A stretch of 64,000 bases of DNA from Vitrella brassicaformis CCMP3155. Taxonomy: Eukaryota > Protista > Chromerida. This document shows positions 60,362-64,000 of this stretch, one piece after another. Each line of letters opens with the position of its first letter. Within the stretch, counting starts at the first letter, position 1. A program made the position numbers and the translations under genes. Below the pieces are notes generated by a model. That model was not told the origin of the DNA and did no database searches. It saw only the letters and a list, made by a program, of their open reading frames with translations. Location of the stretch: the NCBI GenBank assembly GCA_001179505.1, contig CDMY01000227.1, positions 434,001-498,000 on the forward strand, given 5' to 3'.

Positions 60362-63300
60362 ATGGTGATGAGTCGGCGCGACGGATTTTTCTTGGCCCTC
60401 GTGCTGCTGGTGCTGGGCTTGCTGCATCTGTCGCGAGCGGAACATCTCTGGTCAGCGAATGAAGTGACGGCCATCGAGGAGGAGGAGCAAGTCGATGTGG
60501 TCTCATACGAGGCAATCGCCGACCCTGAGAGCGTTGAGGCCGACACGGCGCTCAAGCAGCTGCTGCGGCTGATTATTACATCGGAGGCAAGCCTCGGCTT
60601 CACCGACAACCCCGTCCGCCGCATCAAGCCCTTCTTCGCGAGGCGGTCGCTTTCTCCATATTCGCGCAAGCAGCGCCAGAAGAGGCGGGGCGCCTGGTAC
60701 GCACAGACACCTCAGGCACCGAGGAAGACGGCGGCAACCGATGAAACGCCAACGCCGCGGGTGACATCAAATGGCGACGAAACGATGGTCACCACGGAGG
60801 GCGATCTCATCGTAAGGCGGTCTGCGGCCAGCAATGGGACGGAGGGGGCGGGCGCAGACACAGCCGTTCTGGAACGCCCCAAGGCAGCGTCCATCCGCAA
60901 GGACGACCTGCAGCATGCGGCGAAGGGACCCGACGAATCAGGTGTGCCAGAAGGGAAACCACTCGATCGATGACCCTAACTGATCGGATTCCCTGTCGGT
61001 TGTGTCTGTGTGTCAGAGATGGATGTGCTGGATACTGGGTCCATCACCGACAAGGAGGTGCAGAAGATCGTCTCGGCCGCTCGCGAGAAGGTCAAGGAGG
61101 AAGCCTTCGAGAAGCAAATGCAGGCGGTATGTGTACACAGGAGATCCAACGACGGCTGATTGGTTTGCCCATTCATTCATCTTGCGTGGCATGTGCCTGT
61201 CTGCTTCAGGCGCTGGCTGGTCTCGGGGGTGCTGTGACTGGCTTCACGGGTGGCGGTCTGTATGAGGGTATCGCTGCCAACGGGGAGCTGCCGTGGGTGC
61301 CCTTCGTCAGTGCCGCTGTGGCCGGAGGCCTCACCACCTACGCAGGTACGGGCGAACAACGCGCACAAACACTCAGTCGACTGGCTGATTCGTGGGCTGT
61401 GTGTGTGCTCTGTTTCAGGCCTTCAGAAGGGACCTGTTGGCGAGTTCGTGAGGGAGAAGATTGGTGGCGGTGTGGCTGCAGTTGGTGAGTCGGTCAAGAG
61501 GGGGGCCAGCAGGGCAAAGGATCGAGCACTGGACGCAGCCAAGAGGAAGCTCGGCGACACACGGGACTATGCGGCGCAAATCCCTGGGTAGGAAATGGGC
61601 ATGACGGAAGAAGCTGACCATTCTCCCTCTGATGAACCATAACGCTCTGTGTCTGTCAGTCGGGCTTCACGGTTTGCGGCCGACAAGGCCAAGGATGCAG
61701 CGTTCGCGCTAGCAGCCGCACCAGGGTAAGCCGGAAGGTCAGCTCTTACCTGCAATACCTCCGCTGAGTGTCAGTTCCCCGCCTTTGTGTGTGCAGGCGA
61801 TTCGGCCGCTTCGCAGCGGAGCAGGCGACGAGGGCCAAGGATGCCGCTGCGTCAGCCGCCAAGAGGAAGGCCCAGGAAACTTCTGAAGCCATCAGGGCTG
61901 TTCCTGGGAAAGTTCAGCAGAAGGCGTCTGAGGCTGCCGACGTAGGCCAACTACTCCACTGAGAGAGGACAAAAGCAAGCTGCATCTCCTGCCTGCTGTG
62001 CCCCATATGTCCTGCCTTTCTCTCAGGCTGCCATCAAGGAGGCGCAGGCGCTCCCAGGCCGCACAGCGGAGGCTGTCACCAACGTCGCCACAGCGACGGC
62101 AGGCGCAACCAAGAAGGTAAGCACCGGTCACAGATGCCGCATGACGCTGCAATGAACACCATGGCCAATGTGATGGATCCTAATGTGTCTGTATTGGTTG
62201 GCCACGTGTGCAGGCTGCCCAGAATGCAGCCGACGAGGCTAAGCGCCGGGCCACTGAGGCCGCCGAGGAAACCAAGGACAGGTGGGGATGTGCCAGCCAA
62301 CATCTGATTTGCCTCCCGTCATGCATGGTTGCCTCCCTGCCTGCAGGTTCTTCAATGCGGTTGACTACGTCCTCGAAACACCAACCAGAGTAACCAAACA
62401 AGTCAAGGACGCACTCGGTAGGCCACGTGTGGCATGGCTTAACACGCAGCGGGCGGTACACAAACGGACATGCCCTCCCAATGTTTGGCCAGGTATTGAG
62501 GAAGCTCCCAAGCCAGCGCCAAAGCCGAAGGCCCCTGCAGCCCCCAAGGCGGCGGCGCCAGGGAGGCCCCTTGACGTAGGGGCGCCTGCTGTGGGGGCAG
62601 CGTTCGGTGGCGTCTTCGGCGGCGCACCGGAAGGGCCCAAACCTACGCCCGTCAAGACCAGAGTGGACGAGAAACCTCGACTGAACGGCAAGAAGGAACC
62701 GGTACGCATACACCGCCTTCGGCTGTCGAGACTGGGTCAATCCTGCGCATCTTCGCCTGTTCTGCCTTTGCAGGTTGCCGTCGAACGGACTCCAGAGGGT
62801 GTGATAATCGTCAAGAGCCCTGAGGCAGCCAAAAGGAAGCCGGCTGCTCCGCCAAAGCCGGCCAAGACCACAAAAAAGGTGAGTGACGCACGTGAAAGAT
62901 GTTGTACTTTCTCGGTGGATGTGTCCCTTGCTTGTGTGTGCAGCTCTCTGTCACTCCGGTGGCAGAGGAGACGAGGCCGCCGCCCAGGAAGGAGGTCAAG
63001 AGGGGGCCGGCACCCGAGCCGGCGGTGACCGGAGGCCTCTTCACCGGCGTCTTTGGGGGAGCACCCACTACAGCAGAGAAGCCTGTCACTCCAGTGAAGC
63101 CTGCAGTTGAAGAGGAGATAATCTCAGCCCCGAAGGCACGCAAGGCCCCCACCGGCCAGCCACCTCGAGCGGCAGAAGTGAAGCCAACAGAGGTGTGCAG
63201 AAACCCTCGTGACAGAGTGGTGTGTGAAAGATAAGTGTCTGTCTGTTTCAGGCTCCTGTGCCCAAGGTTGCCCCCACTGCGGCGCCGACACCGACCAAAG

Positions 63301-64000
63301 TAAGACAACGAACCAGCGGGAAGGTCAACACATCCATCTACCTTCTCTATTCTCAGGCCCCAGCTGTCGGGAAGAAGGAAGCGCCCAAGGAAGAGGAGGG
63401 TGGACTCTTCGCGGGTCTCTTCGGCGGTGCGCCGGCCGCCCCCGTTTCCAAGCCGAAAGAGCAGCCGAAGCCCGCTCCAAGTCCCGCACTAGCCAAGGCT
63501 GTTGCAGTGGGCGAGGCGCCAACTGAGGCTCCCCCGAGACCCAAGACCTTCCAGGAGAAGCAGGACGCACTGCGGTCCATCCTGGCAGAGCCAGCACCAG
63601 TCAGGAAGGCGCCGCCAACTCCACCTGCAGTGACAGCTGCCAAGCCAAAAACCCCTGCGGCTCCCAAGGCCAAGGAAGTGACCAAGGTCGAGAATGTCAC
63701 ACCTGCTGGGGGCATCTTCGCTGGGCTCTTCGGCGGGGAGCCGCCCGCTCCCACGACACCCAAGGCGCAGCCAGCCAAGCCTGCTGCGGTGAAGCCCGCT
63801 GTCTCTCCAGCGCCGAAGGTAAGGATGGTGGATCACCAGTCACACCGATCGCGACACATTCTGAACACATTATCAGGTGTCTGCCCGTCCTGTTGCGAAA
63901 CCGTCGGCTCCTTCCGTTGGTGGCCTCCTTGGTGGCGCTGTGACTGAGGCCAAGAAGCCTGCTGCTGTGCAGAAGGAGGTCCGCAAGGTCACCCCGGCCC
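60362..64000 (+). CDS. Signal-peptide protein with LEA-like helical repeats and a Pro/Ala/Lys-rich region with recurring GGxFxGxFGG motifs; 3' end outside window
   Basis: Signal FFLALVLLVLGLLHLSRA; Gly-rich hydrophobic pair; Ala/Lys repeats (AKDAAASAAKRKAQE); five FGG/LGG motifs; GT-AG exons in frame. Confidence 0.75.

Noticed and set aside
1-64000. CRISPR arrays, rRNA and autonomous transposons
   Set aside because: All tandem repeats are 2-6-bp microsatellites; no repeat-spacer pattern, rRNA signature, or transposase or reverse-transcriptase motif was seen.

Overview
Gene-dense, intron-rich eukaryotic nuclear DNA, about 58% GC by eye. Introns are short (55-200 nt) and full of (GT)n, (CA)n, (GGAT)n and (GACA)n microsatellites. 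This style and the gene content suggest an alveolate, most likely a chromerid such as Vitrella (inference). I assembled 21 spliced gene models by hand: fatty-acid elongase, cN-III 5'-nucleotidase, an RS-rich protein, an SDR, DNAJB12/14, a coiled-coil protein, a 10.4-kb protein with six cNMP-binding domains, POC1, a uS13-like protein, SLC35F6, a MATH-like protein, a SYP7-like SNARE, two paralogous multi-TM genes carrying lesions, an alpha/beta hydrolase, a DDX20-like helicase, a CHY zinc-finger protein, an FtsJ-like methyltransferase, a secreted protein, CFDP1/Swc5 and a secreted repeat protein that runs off the window. One 299-N assembly gap. No tRNA, rRNA, CRISPR or transposase was recognised. 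Main highlights: (1) TGCGAGCT(T/C) occurs in or at 7 of 8 head-to-head intergenic regions; (2) a 57-bp inverted repeat with (CCAT)n tails brackets the FtsJ-like gene; (3) a signal-peptide protein carries repeated GGxFxGxFGG stickers; (4) in-frame TAGs and 1-nt frameshifts sit inside conserved coding regions; (5) five probable GC-AG introns. Exon boundaries were read by eye, and no database searches were run.
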